Positions 9,830 through 20,553 of a stretch of DNA of 64,000 nucleotides are shown here, piece by piece. Position numbers and translations under genes: made by a program. Numbering within the stretch: the stretch's first letter is position 1; each line of letters begins with the position of its first letter. This stretch comes from Waterburya sp. (lineage in GTDB: Bacteria > Cyanobacteriota > Cyanobacteriia > Cyanobacteriales > Xenococcaceae), in assembly GCA_965217895.1 (NCBI GenBank), contig CBDCJV010000002.1, positions 4,576,001 through 4,640,000 of the forward strand. Direction: 5' to 3'. The notes beneath the pieces are model-generated. The model was not told where the DNA came from, ran no database searches, and was given only the letters and a program-made list of their open reading frames with translations.

Positions 9830-11038
9830 TTATACTGAATCTTTAACCCATTGTAGATGTTGAGGTAATAGTTTAGCTAAGTTATAGTTTTCTAAGATAG
9901 TTTCTCTAGCTTTGATGCGAATGCCTTCCATCCGCTCGGGATTATCTAAAGCTTCCATGACGCGATCGCTCGTTTGCTCAGGAGAAAAGAAATTAACTAG
10001 TAAGCCATTGACCCCATCTTCAATTACTTCGGTTACAGGGGCGGTATCAGAAGCCACAATCAAACAACCCGTAGATAAAGCTTCTAACATCGACCAAGAA
10101 AGCACAAAGGGACGGGTTAGATATATATGCGCGCAAGAGGCTTGTAACACCTGAAGATATTCGTTATAAGGTAATAGATCTGTAAAATGTACTCGCGACC
10201 TATCTAAAGAAAATTGCTCTAGCATCACCTTCTTGTAGGTTTTACCATCAGGTAGGCTTTTGCCGTAAGCGACGCGATCTTTGCCCACAATTATAAAATG
10301 ACATTGAGGTCGTTTTTTTTGCAGAATAGATATAGTTTCAATTAACTGAGGAAAACCGCGATAAGGCTCCATTCCTCTGGCGACATAAGTAACAATTTCT
10401 GCTGCCTGAGTTAAGTCAAGACCAATGCGAGGTAAAAACAACTTAGCATTTGGTGAGGGTTTGAAGTAATCGGTATCGATGCCATCGTGATGAACTTTAA
10501 TTTTGCTCAGAAACTCTGGGGGAAATTGCGATCGCTGCCACTCAGTCGGAGATAAAGCGCGATCGCAAGTAGCTAAATCTAGTAATATTGGCGCATTTTT
10601 AATTCTGATTCTTGCTTCATCATCAGCATTAACTGGCTCGCTTGGATCAAAGCTAGCATCTGAGCCATAAGCCTTATAAAACCATTCAAAGTAGCAAAGC
10701 AAAGTCGCCTTGGGAAAAATATCCTTCATAAACAAGGTTGGACCCCAGCCAGAATGTCCGTAAACAACATCAGGATAAAATCCCCGATCCTTTAGCTTTT
10801 GAGCGACACGATATGCCCCTTGAGCTTCTAAGACTGCATTTTCTAATGGTCGGACATAATGATGAGTCTCAGGATGAGCAGTGCGTGATTTTTCGTAAAC
10901 TACTTTGGTAACTCCCGCTATCTGACCCTCATGACGATTTGTAGCGTATACCACCGTATTGTCTGGATCTTGCCCTAAAACTGTAGCCAAATGGCGGAAT
11001 TGAGCAGGAAAATTAGGATGTAAAAATAAAATTTTCAT
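9830..11038 (-). CDS. Glycosyltransferase family 4
   Basis: FLHPNFPAQFRH, GHSGWG, RGMEPYRGF, FVLSWSMLEA. Confidence 0.9.
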   Translation of the reverse strand: MKILFLHPNFPAQFRHLATVLGQDPDNTVVYATNRHEGQIAGVTKVVYEKSRTAHPETHHYVRPLENAVLEAQGAYRVAQKLKDRGFYPDVVYGHSGWGPTLFMKDIFPKATLLCYFEWFYKAYGSDASFDPSEPVNADDEARIRIKNAPILLDLATCDRALSPTEWQRSQFPPEFLSKIKVHHDGIDTDYFKPSPNAKLFLPRIGLDLTQAAEIVTYVARGMEPYRGFPQLIETISILQKKRPQCHFIIVGKDRVAYGKSLPDGKTYKKVMLEQFSLDRSRVHFTDLLPYNEYLQVLQASCAHIYLTRPFVLSWSMLEALSTGCLIVASDTAPVTEVIEDGVNGLLVNFFSPEQTSDRVMEALDNPERMEGIRIKARETILENYNLAKLLPQHLQWVKDSV

Positions 11039-11253
11039 AACTAAAACTAATTGGTTAATCTAAAAGCTATTTAATTGCCCCAATTCTATCCTTTGTCTAG
11101 CAAACTCCAGGAAGTTAGTCCTTTTGATCGGAGAAGGAAGTTTGAAGAGTTAAGCAGCAAATTTGCTCTTTGATAAAAGATAGTAATCCTGTATAATTAT
11201 ATATTTGGAGATATTTTGTAAATATAGTGTCAATGTCAGAGGGGAAATAATAT

Positions 11254-11862
11254 ATGTCTCGCTATAGAGGTCCGCGTTTGCGGATCGTTCGCCGTTTAGG
11301 AGACTTACCAGGTTTAACTAGGAAAAGCGCACGTAAGGCTTATCCACCGGGACAGCATGGACAAAGCCGTCGCAAGCGTTCTGAATATGCTATACGTTTG
11401 GAAGAAAAGCAAAAACTTCGCTTTAACTACGGCATTACCGAAAAACAACTAGTGCGCTATGTCCGTAAAGCTCGTCGAGTTGCTGGTTCTACAGGACAGA
11501 CCTTACTAGAATTACTAGAAATGCGTTTGGATAACACCATTTTCCGCATGGGAATGGCTGGTACTATTCCTGCTGCACGTCAATTAGTCAACCACGGACA
11601 TATCTTGGTTAACGATCGCGTGGTTAACATTGCTAGCTATCAGTGTCGTCCTGGAGATGTGGTCAAAATTAGAGATCGCGATCGCTCACGCAAGCTAGTC
11701 GAAACTAACATGGAGTATCCAGGTTTAGCTAATCTACCTAGCCATTTGGAATTCAGTAAAGATACCTTTACAGGTAAGGTTAATGGCATAATTGAGCGAG
11801 AGTGGATTGCCCTTCAGGTGAATGAACTACTCGTTATTGAGTACTATTCACGGATGGCTTAG
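11254..11862 (+). CDS. rpsD: 30S ribosomal protein S4
   Basis: [10 protein letters not shown]...LEMRLDN...[10 protein letters not shown]. Confidence 0.98.
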   Translation: MSRYRGPRLRIVRRLGDLPGLTRKSARKAYPPGQHGQSRRKRSEYAIRLEEKQKLRFNYGITEKQLVRYVRKARRVAGSTGQTLLELLEMRLDNTIFRMGMAGTIPAARQLVNHGHILVNDRVVNIASYQCRPGDVVKIRDRDRSRKLVETNMEYPGLANLPSHLEFSKDTFTGKVNGIIEREWIALQVNELLVIEYYSRMA

Positions 11863-11863
11863 G

Positions 11864-11894
11864 ACATTGAACATTGAACATTGAACATTGAACA
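11864..11894. repeat. STRR-like heptamer tandem repeat (ACATTGA, about 4 copies)
   Basis: Direct reading, immediately after the rpsD stop. Confidence 0.8.
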
Positions 11895-12003
11895 CATTCA
11901 ACATTAAGTAACTTCTAATAAATTTGAAAAATTAAAAGAAAAATACATTTACTTGATTGAGTAAAACGATGGTAAATGATAGATGTTCAATGATAAATGT
12001 TTT

Positions 12004-12993
12004 TTATCCTCCAATTTGGGACATGGTGCGAGTATAAGTTCCTGCTTCAGTACCAGAGTCCCTATCTTTAAAGTTAATCTCAGGCTTGATTAGCAATAGT
12101 TGACTAATTTTAGCCTGTAATTCTTTATTATCCACTCCGCTTCGTAAGGCAGTTTTTAAATCAATTTGACCCGTCTCGTTTAGTAGACAAGGGCGTAACC
12201 AACCATCGGCTGAAAGTCTGACTCGGTTACAGCGATCGCAGAAGCATTCAGACATCTGAGAAATAAATCCTAGTGTGCCTTTAGCATTGGGAATTTGAAA
12301 TACATCGGCAGGGCCGTTACCCTTAATATTTGATTCTATTAAACCCCATTTTTGACGGACTGACTGCCGTATCTCTTCGGAGTCTATCCAGGCTTTTTCG
12401 CCAAATAAATAAGAATTACCAATAGGCATAAACTCAATAAAACGAATATGCCATTGGCGATCAATGCTCAAGGCAGCTAAATCCAAAACTTCTCGGTCGT
12501 TTAAGCCTGGAATCACCACCACGTTAAGCTTTAAAGGATCGAATCCTACTTGATGAGCAGTTAAAATCCCTTCCCAGGTTTGTTGCCAGCGACTTTTACC
12601 GCGATTACCAATTATTTGATCGAATATCTGAGGATCTAAAGAATCGAGGCTGATGTTAATGCGCTTTAATCCTGCATCATAAAGTGGCTGTGCCAAATCT
12701 GCTAATAAAAAGCCGTTGGTAGTCAAGGCGAGATCTTCGCAGGCGGGCAATTGGGCAAGATCTCTAACTAAATCTACTAATCCAGGACGTAATAATGGCT
12801 CTCCTCCTGTTAAGCGAAACTTAGTAAAACCTAAAGGTATAAAAACATCTCGCACTAAAGCCAGAATTTCGTGATTGCTTAATAATTCTTGGTTAAGAAC
12901 ATAATTAAGCTTGGCCTCTTCTGGCATACAGTATTGGCAACGAAAGTTGCATTTATCAATCAAGCTGATGCGTAAATAGTCTATTTCAGGCAT
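12004..12993 (-). CDS. moaA: GTP 3',8-cyclase MoaA
   Basis: [17 protein letters not shown] radical SAM motif, [10 protein letters not shown]-terminal MSQIGG. Confidence 0.97.
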   Translation of the reverse strand: MPEIDYLRISLIDKCNFRCQYCMPEEAKLNYVLNQELLSNHEILALVRDVFIPLGFTKFRLTGGEPLLRPGLVDLVRDLAQLPACEDLALTTNGFLLADLAQPLYDAGLKRINISLDSLDPQIFDQIIGNRGKSRWQQTWEGILTAHQVGFDPLKLNVVVIPGLNDREVLDLAALSIDRQWHIRFIEFMPIGNSYLFGEKAWIDSEEIRQSVRQKWGLIESNIKGNGPADVFQIPNAKGTLGFISQMSECFCDRCNRVRLSADGWLRPCLLNETGQIDLKTALRSGVDNKELQAKISQLLLIKPEINFKDRDSGTEAGTYTRTMSQIGG

Positions 12994-13123
12994 TAAGCGG
13001 CTTAGTATAGTTAAAATATATTATTAATTAGGGAAGGCGATCGCTGTTCGCTACGCCAAAATAGCAATTAATTTCTTGATAGCTGTTTATTTTTCTATTA
13101 TTTAGCTTAATTGATGTCAGTCT

Positions 13124-13315
13124 TTAAACCAAGTGAAACTCTCTAAGAGCAGGAATAAAATTCCGATTTTCATGATTAGATCGACTCAGTTTAGTTAAGA
13201 CAAATCTTTGAATTTTTGTCAGCTTTTTCCATTGCTCCAAGGTAGGAAAAACTCCTAACTTTCTTTTAGCGATCGCCAGCCAAACTGGGAACTGTGCAAT
13301 CATTATAATTTTCAC
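13124..13315 (-). pseudogene. narM: C-terminal remnant of nitrate reductase-associated protein NarM
   Basis: QWKKLTKIQRFVLTKLSRSNHENRNFIPALREF matches the recalled NarM C-terminus; N-terminal part absent. Confidence 0.65.
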
Positions 13316-13367
13316 TACTTACACAACATTCTATACTCAAAAGCCACCTAACTAACTCTTCAGTGGG

Positions 13368-13721
13368 TTAGCTATTTACAGGCTCAACTTCCACCAGAGA
13401 ATCACCGACTGCTGCTGCGTGTCCCATATCTGTATAAGTTGCAGCAGTTGCAGCATTTATTGTGTTGTTCGCGTGATTAATTTTTCGCCAATAACCCATT
13501 GGCGCAACCACAACTCCTTGTCGAGTTATATCACTGAGCATCGCTGGCACTTGAAAAGCTCCCCTATTGTTATATACCTTCACTATTTGTCCTTTAGAGA
13601 TACCGCGCTTAAGAGCATCATCGGGATGAATAATTACCTTTGATTCTCCCTCAAGCTTGGCGTGTTTGGAATTGCTTGGCACGGTATCCTTTAAGAAAAG
13701 CTGAACCCTATTTATCCCCAT
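13368..13721 (-). pseudogene. Isolated molybdopterin dinucleotide-binding domain (truncated Mo-bisPGD oxidoreductase)
   Basis: IHPDDALKRGI...VKVYNNRG...GVVVAPMGYW...VEVE; no catalytic domains upstream. Confidence 0.7.
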
Positions 13722-13816
13722 TCGAGGTTAAAGGAAAAAAGTAGCTAATTCCCATCAGACGTATGATTAAGAAGTAAGATAAATTGTTAAAAACAAGCAA
13801 TAAAATAAATTTCAGA

Positions 13817-15331
13817 ATGAGCTTCCAACAAGAGTTTAGCCTTCTATTACGTGCCTGTTACCCTTTGATTTATCTGCCTACCAACGAAGAAGAAAGGGCA
13901 GAAAAAGCGATCGCTGCTATTACTGAGAAAGTAGGCAAGCGTAATGTTTTTATTTGGGATTTTGTTAACGGCTATCAAGAAAACCCTAATAATGCAGGAT
14001 TCGGTAAGCGCAATCCTTTACAGGCATTGGAATTTATTACCAATATGCCAAAAAATGCAGGAGGAGTCTTTATACTGCGTGATTTTCAGCGTTTTTTAGA
14101 AGATATTGCTATTTCCCGCGAATTACGTAACCTAGCGCGGATATTAAAATCACAACCAAAAAATATTGTGATTATTGCTCCTCAAGTAAACATACCCGAA
14201 GAATTAGCCGAAGCAATTACTATAGTCGATTTCCCTTTACCCACTACCCCAGAAATCAAAACCGAAATTACTCGCTTAATTTCGGCAACGGGACAAACTC
14301 TATCTGATAAACTTTTAGCTGAATTTGTCAGGGCAGCCAAAGGACTTTCTACAGAAAGGATTAGAAGAGTTTTGACTAAAGCGATCGCCAGTACGGGTCA
14401 GCTAGAACCAGAAGACGTAGAGCTAATCCTCGAAGAAAAACGTCAGTCAATTCGTCAGACACAAATATTAGACTTCTATCCCGCCACCGAACAAATTTCC
14501 GATATAGGCGGTCTAGACAACCTTAAAAGCTGGCTATTGCGTCGAGGAGGTGCATTTAGCGAGCAAGCTAGAGCCTACGGCTTGCCTAATCCCAGAGGAC
14601 TATTATTGGTAGGGATACAGGGGACAGGAAAATCTTTGACGGCAAAAGCGATCGCTCATCATTGGCATTTACCTTTGTTACGGTTGGACGTAGGACGCTT
14701 GTTTGCAGGTTTAGTAGGAGAATCAGAATCTCGTACTCGCCAAACTATCGAATTAGCCGAAGCTCTTTCTCCTTGTATATTGTGGATCGACGAAATTGAC
14801 AAAGGTTTTTCAGGGGTTGACGGTAAAGGAGATTCAGGCACTACTAGCCGTGTTTTTGGTACGTTTATCACCTGGTTGGCAGAAAAAAAATCGCCAGTAT
14901 TTGTAGTGGCTACAGCCAATAATATTCGCTCCCTCCCTCCAGAGATGTTGCGCAAAGGCAGGTTTGATGAGATATTTTTTGTGGGTTTACCTAATCAAGA
15001 AGAGCGACAGGCTATTTTTAAAGTACATTTAGTTAAATTACGTCCCCATAACCTGGGCAATTATGATGTCAAGCGGTTAGCATATGAAACACCAGAATTT
15101 TCTGGGGCAGAAATTGAACAGACTATCATCGAAGCAATGCACATTGGCTTTAGTCAAAATCGTGATTTTACTACAGATGATATCCTAGAGGCTGCAAGCC
15201 AAATTGTTCCCCTGGCAAAAACAGCCCAAGAACAAATTGAATTTCTGCAAAAATGGGTGGCAGCGGGAAAAGCTCGTCTGGCATCTAAAAATAATGGTTT
15301 AAGCGATCGCATTCAAAGTCAACTTAATTAA
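13817..15331 (+). CDS. ycf46: Ycf46-family AAA ATPase
   Basis: Walker A GIQGTGKS, Walker B LWIDEIDK, RKGRFDEIFFV, Ycf46-type N-domain. Confidence 0.88.
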   Translation: MSFQQEFSLLLRACYPLIYLPTNEEERAEKAIAAITEKVGKRNVFIWDFVNGYQENPNNAGFGKRNPLQALEFITNMPKNAGGVFILRDFQRFLEDIAISRELRNLARILKSQPKNIVIIAPQVNIPEELAEAITIVDFPLPTTPEIKTEITRLISATGQTLSDKLLAEFVRAAKGLSTERIRRVLTKAIASTGQLEPEDVELILEEKRQSIRQTQILDFYPATEQISDIGGLDNLKSWLLRRGGAFSEQARAYGLPNPRGLLLVGIQGTGKSLTAKAIAHHWHLPLLRLDVGRLFAGLVGESESRTRQTIELAEALSPCILWIDEIDKGFSGVDGKGDSGTTSRVFGTFITWLAEKKSPVFVVATANNIRSLPPEMLRKGRFDEIFFVGLPNQEERQAIFKVHLVKLRPHNLGNYDVKRLAYETPEFSGAEIEQTIIEAMHIGFSQNRDFTTDDILEAASQIVPLAKTAQEQIEFLQKWVAAGKARLASKNNGLSDRIQSQLN

Positions 15332-15334
15332 TAG

Positions 15335-15853
15335 ATGACTAAATCTATCTTTGTTCAACGTTTATCATCCATTGTCCAATTTATCTTGGGCTTTGTTCTC
15401 GGCATTAGTTTAATTGCGGGATTATCAGGCACGGTAATATATGCTTACTATAAGAAAATGTCTACCTTGCCAAAAAAACCTGCTTTTCCTGAAGTCCCAG
15501 CACAACCATCAGCATCCAAAGACACTCAGCCATCCACCAGTATTGAACCTTTAGAGTCTGATATTACTAAAGAATCAAAGGAGTTAGATCAGGAGGCTAA
15601 AGCTGAACCCGAATCCAAACCCGAATCTGAGCTACCGCCCAATGCCTATCGTGCAGAGGTTACTTGGCCCCAAGGTCTAAGTTTAAGAGCCGAACCCGAT
15701 GTAAATGCTGACAGGATTGGCGGAGTAGGTTTTGAGGAAAAGATCATCATTCTCGAAGATTCTGCTGATGGCAAGTGGCAAAGAGTTAGAGTCCCTGGTA
15801 GTGAGCAGGAAGGTTGGGTAAAAGGAGGAAATACTAAGCGTACTTCTGAGTGA
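15335..15853 (+). CDS. Membrane-anchored SH3b-domain protein
   Basis: N-terminal TM; GLSLRAEP...WQRVR...EGWVKGGN. Confidence 0.8.
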   Translation: MTKSIFVQRLSSIVQFILGFVLGISLIAGLSGTVIYAYYKKMSTLPKKPAFPEVPAQPSASKDTQPSTSIEPLESDITKESKELDQEAKAEPESKPESELPPNAYRAEVTWPQGLSLRAEPDVNADRIGGVGFEEKIIILEDSADGKWQRVRVPGSEQEGWVKGGNTKRTSE

Positions 15854-15921
15854 ACGTTAGTTCGATGGCTGCAAAATAGCGTAGTCTATCCAACCACGCT
15901 GTTGAAAACTGTCGTAAGTTT

Positions 15922-16827
15922 TTACTTATTAATTAGCGATCGCAAGTTACCTTGATTTTGATTTAATAATGCTTCTCCCGCCTGGGCATCCAAGCCCGTC
16001 CAGTGCATTAATAAAGCTAACTTAACTTTCTTCTGGCTTTTTTCAAGCAAATCTTGGGCTTCGGTACGGTTAAGCTCAGTTAAGTCGCTAATAATGCGCA
16101 AGGCGCGATCGTTTAGCTTATCGTTAGTTACTGCCACATCAATCATGCGGTTGCCGTAAACCTTGCCATAGCGAACCATTGCCCCCGTAGAGATAATATT
16201 TAACGCCATCTTAGTAACCGTACCCGCCTTGAGTCTAGTTGAACCTGCTAATATTTCTGCACCTACTAATAAGCGAATATCAATATCAGCATCAATGGGT
16301 ACTTGTTCGCTGCTGACGCAGCTTATTGCTACAGTTTTTGCTCCTTTCGCTTTGGCTGCCTTTAATGCACCATGAACAAAAGGAGTTGTGCCTCCTGCGG
16401 TGATGCCGATGACTATATCTAAATCAGTTATTTGATTTTGGGCGATCGCCCTTGCTCCATCTTCGGGGCGATCTTCTAAAGCCTCAGAACTCTTAACCAA
16501 GGCTGCTGCACCTCCTGCTAAAATTCCCTGAACTAATTCTGGAGGAGTACAAAAGGTAGGAGGACATTCGGCCGCGTCTAAAACTCCTAATCTGCCGCTA
16601 GTACCTGCACCAACATAGAATAGTCTGCCTCCTTGTCCAAATGCAGCAGCAGTCACATCAATAGTTTTAGCTAGAGTCACGCGAGCTTGGGCGATCGCCT
16701 CTATGGTTTTGATGTCTTCTTGATTAAATAAATCGACTATTTCTAAAGTGGATAAACTATCTAAATTTTGACTGTGGGGATTGATCTGTTCGGTCAACAA
16801 ATGTCCCCGTGACTGCAAGTTATCCAT
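15922..16827 (-). CDS. murQ: N-acetylmuramic acid 6-phosphate etherase
   Basis: GAGTSGRLGVLDAAECPPTF; GSTRLKAGT. Confidence 0.96.
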   Translation of the reverse strand: MDNLQSRGHLLTEQINPHSQNLDSLSTLEIVDLFNQEDIKTIEAIAQARVTLAKTIDVTAAAFGQGGRLFYVGAGTSGRLGVLDAAECPPTFCTPPELVQGILAGGAAALVKSSEALEDRPEDGARAIAQNQITDLDIVIGITAGGTTPFVHGALKAAKAKGAKTVAISCVSSEQVPIDADIDIRLLVGAEILAGSTRLKAGTVTKMALNIISTGAMVRYGKVYGNRMIDVAVTNDKLNDRALRIISDLTELNRTEAQDLLEKSQKKVKLALLMHWTGLDAQAGEALLNQNQGNLRSLINK

Positions 16828-16880
16828 CTTAATAATTTACGCTTGATGTGGATCAGCTTTGTTTAAAATTTATCGGTTCG

Positions 16881-16915
16881 TAGCTTTTAGCTTTTAGCTC
16901 TTAGCTCTTAGCTTT
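16881..16915. repeat. STRR-like heptamer tandem repeat (TAGCTYT, 5 copies)
   Basis: tagcttt tagcttt tagctct tagctct tagcttt; related TAGCTnn arrays near 24610, 31405, 52903 and 59354. Confidence 0.75.
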
Positions 16916-17140
16916 AAGACACTACGCAGTATTTCAATTTAACTAATATGCTGAAACTTAGCTAGCGTAAAAGTAAAAAAACAATTGTTTGACATTTTCA
17001 ATTATGATTTTATCTAGCAAAAGCTTGATTATAAGTGATTTTTAATTCATATAAGGCATAATTTACTCAATTACTTACTTTCAATAAATATTCCTGGCTA
17101 ATCAATTTACCAGCACTCCTCACACTTCATACTTCACACT

Positions 17141-17527
17141 TCAAAGCAGCCCTTCCAATTGACGACGAATGCGATCTAAGTCTTCATTAGCCATCGATTC
17201 TTCTTCTAGGGGCGAAGTATCTGCATTTGTTAACTCTTCAGTTTCCCAGTTAAGCTCCTCTATGTTTTTTTCGGGGGGAATTTCCCACTGTCCTGGCTCG
17301 ACTATTTTCCAGTCATAGTCAGCCTGACGGCAAAACTGCTCTACTTCTTCAGAATCGATCGCCTCTACTTTAGCTTCAGGAAAATCTTGTGCCTCTAATA
17401 ATCCTGCATAGCGTATGGCATCGTCTTCTTCGTGAAACATCAAAATCGTGTTGCGATCGCCTACTTGAACAGTATGAATTCCTTCATTATCAGTTCCAGC
17501 ATTAAACAGCAAAATATGTACTAGCAT
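17141..17527 (-). CDS. DUF3110 family protein
   Basis: LLFNAGTDNEGIHT, RYAGLLEAQDFP, C-terminal IRRQLEGLL. Confidence 0.88.
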   Translation of the reverse strand: MLVHILLFNAGTDNEGIHTVQVGDRNTILMFHEEDDAIRYAGLLEAQDFPEAKVEAIDSEEVEQFCRQADYDWKIVEPGQWEIPPEKNIEELNWETEELTNADTSPLEEESMANEDLDRIRRQLEGLL

Positions 17528-17647
17528 AATAAACTCACGCCAACTCTCTATTTATGCCAATTACAACATAAAATCACTTCATTAAGTAAGACCTAATTAA
17601 TATTAAATAAATTTTTTGCTTTCACTGATGTCTAGAAGCTATTAATT

Positions 17648-17676
17648 AAAAAAAAAGGCGATATTTTAACCGCCTC
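17648..17676 (-). terminator. Probable intrinsic terminator after ndhV
   Basis: AGGCG/CGCCT stem followed by a 9-U tract on the minus strand. Confidence 0.5.
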
Positions 17677-17735
17677 TTTAATCAACCATCAACTGAAGCA
17701 GAAGTATTAAATTCTGCGTTATGCAGTAAAGTTGC

Positions 17736-18215
17736 TTAATTTCTAGTTAACCATTTTTGGGCATTAAGACGCTGTACAGTATACATAACCAAAAGATCTA
17801 AGTTAACTCTTCTCTCATCAATCATAAAAGATTCAATGGTGCTGGGCTTGTTCCCATAGGTAGAGTAAGAGAAAGCTTTTTGACCTGAGATATCCTCATC
17901 AGGAAAATAAAGGTTGAAGGCGCGATCGCCATCTTGCCATTTTCCTACTACTTGCCAACAGGGTTCATTAGAATTGGCATCTTCAATTGGCACATTTTGC
18001 TCCACGAAGGTCAAATCTAGGTCTTCAATTCCCTCACTAGCCATTGCTTCTTTTAATGCTGGAAGATAGTGTTCTTGAATAAATTCACTAAACGGTTTGT
18101 CTTCTAATTTAGGTGGCTTTTCTTTCTTGGTTGCTGCCCCCGCAGCAGGTTTAGCAGTATCTTTTTCCTCTGCTGAAGATTTTGCCCGATCTTTTTTGTT
18201 TGTTTCCTCTGCCAT
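17736..18215 (-). CDS. ndhV: DUF2996 protein (NDH-1 subunit NdhV)
   Basis: KPPKLEDKPFSEF, IESFMIDERR, QRLNAQKWL. Confidence 0.8.
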   Translation of the reverse strand: MAEETNKKDRAKSSAEEKDTAKPAAGAATKKEKPPKLEDKPFSEFIQEHYLPALKEAMASEGIEDLDLTFVEQNVPIEDANSNEPCWQVVGKWQDGDRAFNLYFPDEDISGQKAFSYSTYGNKPSTIESFMIDERRVNLDLLVMYTVQRLNAQKWLTRN

Positions 18216-18344
18216 GTTGCACCAATTTTACAGCTTGAGCTAGGGTTTTGCTTGACGAGCGACCCTGCGCGCGGTTAACGCGCAAGTCGTGAGTGTTATT
18301 CTATCACGACTGTTTTTAGGCAGATGATCAAAAAAAGTCAGCAG

Positions 18345-18677
18345 TTAAAGATATGATGCGATCGCTCCTCTAAAAAAGAAATAGGCATCCCAAATTATAT
18401 AGCTGTAAACTGCCATTACCCCAACGGTGATTGCTAGCTTTTTGGCGGTAGCTACTTCCTGGCTCACATAAGCTAGCCAGTAGATTATAAAAGGAGTGGT
18501 TAAATAACAAAAGAACCCATAGCCTAGACATTTAAAAATTATTTCAACCAACTTGTATTCAATACTGTTTGATATTTTTAAAATAATTAGTATAGATAAT
18601 ATCCCCGCAATAAACTGGACGATACTATTTTTGAGCAATAAGAATAAAATACCCTTGTTATCCTGAGAATTTTTCAT
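18345..18677 (-). CDS. Hypothetical small membrane protein
   Basis: About 3 hydrophobic segments; no recognised family. Confidence 0.6.
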   Translation of the reverse strand: MKNSQDNKGILFLLLKNSIVQFIAGILSILIILKISNSIEYKLVEIIFKCLGYGFFCYLTTPFIIYWLAYVSQEVATAKKLAITVGVMAVYSYIIWDAYFFFRGAIASYL

Positions 18678-18906
18678 TATTTTGTAAATCAATCTTTTTT
18701 GTCAGATTCACAAAGAAGATTTGTATTATTAAAGAATTATGATTCTGTAATTATATCTAGGTAATTATTCGTATTTGTTAAAGAGTCTAAGAAGTTTTGC
18801 CGAGAAATATGTAGACAATATGTACTTCTCGTTTAAGCCCTGTTATTGATTGCAGCGGTTGAGGCAGTTAAGATAGTAAGGGCTAATATTTACAAAATGT
18901 GGTTCT

Positions 18907-19713
18907 ATGATGCACGGCTTTATTCCTCCTCAACGCTATTTTCCCTATTTATCCTGGACAGAAATAGAGCAGATGCCCAATAAAGAAAACGTAGTCATCA
19001 TTCAGCCTATTGGTGCGATTGAGCAACATGGACCCCATTTACCGATCGCCGTAGATTCTGCTATCAGTTTAGGAGTAGTTGGCAAAGCTTTAGAGCAATT
19101 AGAGTCAAATATTCCTGCTTATGCCCTTCCCTGTTTATATTACGGAAAATCTAATGAACACGATGGCTTTCCTGGCACAATTAGTCTTACAGCCACCACT
19201 CTACTGTTGGTAATTAAAGAAATGGCAGCCAGTATATACCACTCAGGGTTTCGTAAACTGGTGCTAATGAATTCTCACGGAGGACAACTGCAAATTATGG
19301 AAATAGCTGCTAGAGATTTGCATCAGGAAAATCCCGATTTTGCCGTATTTCCTTTGTTTACCTGGCGTGTCCCTCATATAGCAGGCGATCTGCTTACAGC
19401 CCAGGAGCAAGAATATGGTATTCATGCAGGAGATACAGAAACGAGTATTATGCTCTCGCTGTTGCCAAAACAGGTCAAAATGGCTCAGGCAGTGAAGGAA
19501 TATCCTCAAGGTTTACCCCAAGATAGTCTTTTAGGTATGGAGGGAAAGCTACCTTTTCCTTGGCTAACTAAAAAATTAAGCAAAAGTGGCGTTATGGGAG
19601 ATGCCACGGCTGCCACCAAAGAGAAAGGCGATCGCATTTTACAATCTGTTGCCGATGGTTGGGTACAGGTAATTAAAGATATTTATAAATTTCAACAGCC
19701 TAATATTGGTTAG
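18907..19713 (+). CDS. Creatininase family protein
   Basis: GAIEQHGPHLP, SNEH, NSHGG, IHAGDTETS. Confidence 0.92.
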   Translation: MMHGFIPPQRYFPYLSWTEIEQMPNKENVVIIQPIGAIEQHGPHLPIAVDSAISLGVVGKALEQLESNIPAYALPCLYYGKSNEHDGFPGTISLTATTLLLVIKEMAASIYHSGFRKLVLMNSHGGQLQIMEIAARDLHQENPDFAVFPLFTWRVPHIAGDLLTAQEQEYGIHAGDTETSIMLSLLPKQVKMAQAVKEYPQGLPQDSLLGMEGKLPFPWLTKKLSKSGVMGDATAATKEKGDRILQSVADGWVQVIKDIYKFQQPNIG

Positions 19714-20407
19714 CTATTAGTTTATCGCTGTCTGCATCGCAGTGCTGCTGAATCACTGCATAACATTCTTCTACCGTTGCTCTTTGCTTCATTGCCTCAA
19801 TTAAAGCCTCATAAGACTCTTGGTGTCTGGTTAAAAGATTGGTAGCCTGTAGCTGCGCCCAGCGTTCTTTTTGAGAGTGACCTACCTCTGGTAATCCCGC
19901 CATCATCAAAGCTTGTTTTAACTGTTGTCGATCTTCTGCACCACCTTGAGCATTCCCATAGGCGATTTTTTCGGCTGCTATTCCTGCCATCCAGACTGTA
20001 CATAGACGTTCCAAAGTTAAACGCATTTTTTCAAATTCAAATGGTTTGGCGGTCAAGCTTTTTGTATCAAAGCTCACTCCGCCTCTCCCTAACTGCCCCT
20101 GTTTTATTACTTCCCAGGCGGTTAGCGTATAGCCTGTGATGGGTATCCCTAAAAAATAAGCAGTCAGAAAATGACCTGCCTCATGGTAAATTATGCGCTG
20201 GCGTTGTTCAGTCGATGCAAACAAGTCCAAGAGCAAGGAAACTCCCCTGCTATTCCAGCTTAAAGTATCTACTGTAGCTAAGCTTAGAAGACCAAAGGTA
20301 ACCGCAGCAGGCACAACAGGAGGAATATGAAAAATTGGCCCAAGTAGCGATGTCATAGTCATCAGAAAAATGGCGATCGCAATTAAATTTAAGGCAGTTT
20401 GGGACAT
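19700..20407 (-). CDS. Stand-alone M41-like Zn metalloprotease, membrane anchored
   Basis: Two N-terminal TMs, HEAGH zinc motif, MAGIAAE; no AAA domain. Confidence 0.85.
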   Translation of the reverse strand: MSQTALNLIAIAIFLMTMTSLLGPIFHIPPVVPAAVTFGLLSLATVDTLSWNSRGVSLLLDLFASTEQRQRIIYHEAGHFLTAYFLGIPITGYTLTAWEVIKQGQLGRGGVSFDTKSLTAKPFEFEKMRLTLERLCTVWMAGIAAEKIAYGNAQGGAEDRQQLKQALMMAGLPEVGHSQKERWAQLQATNLLTRHQESYEALIEAMKQRATVEECYAVIQQHCDADSDKLIANQY

Positions 20408-20553
20408 TATTAATAAATATATGTATCTTAAAGTTTAGATTTAATAAGTATATTGATTTTAGCGGATAGACATAAAAAACAAAAAAATATCGCAACCGAC
20501 CACTAAAAAACTGATTAGTTGCCTTTAATATCAGACTTCTGACTTCCGCGTAG

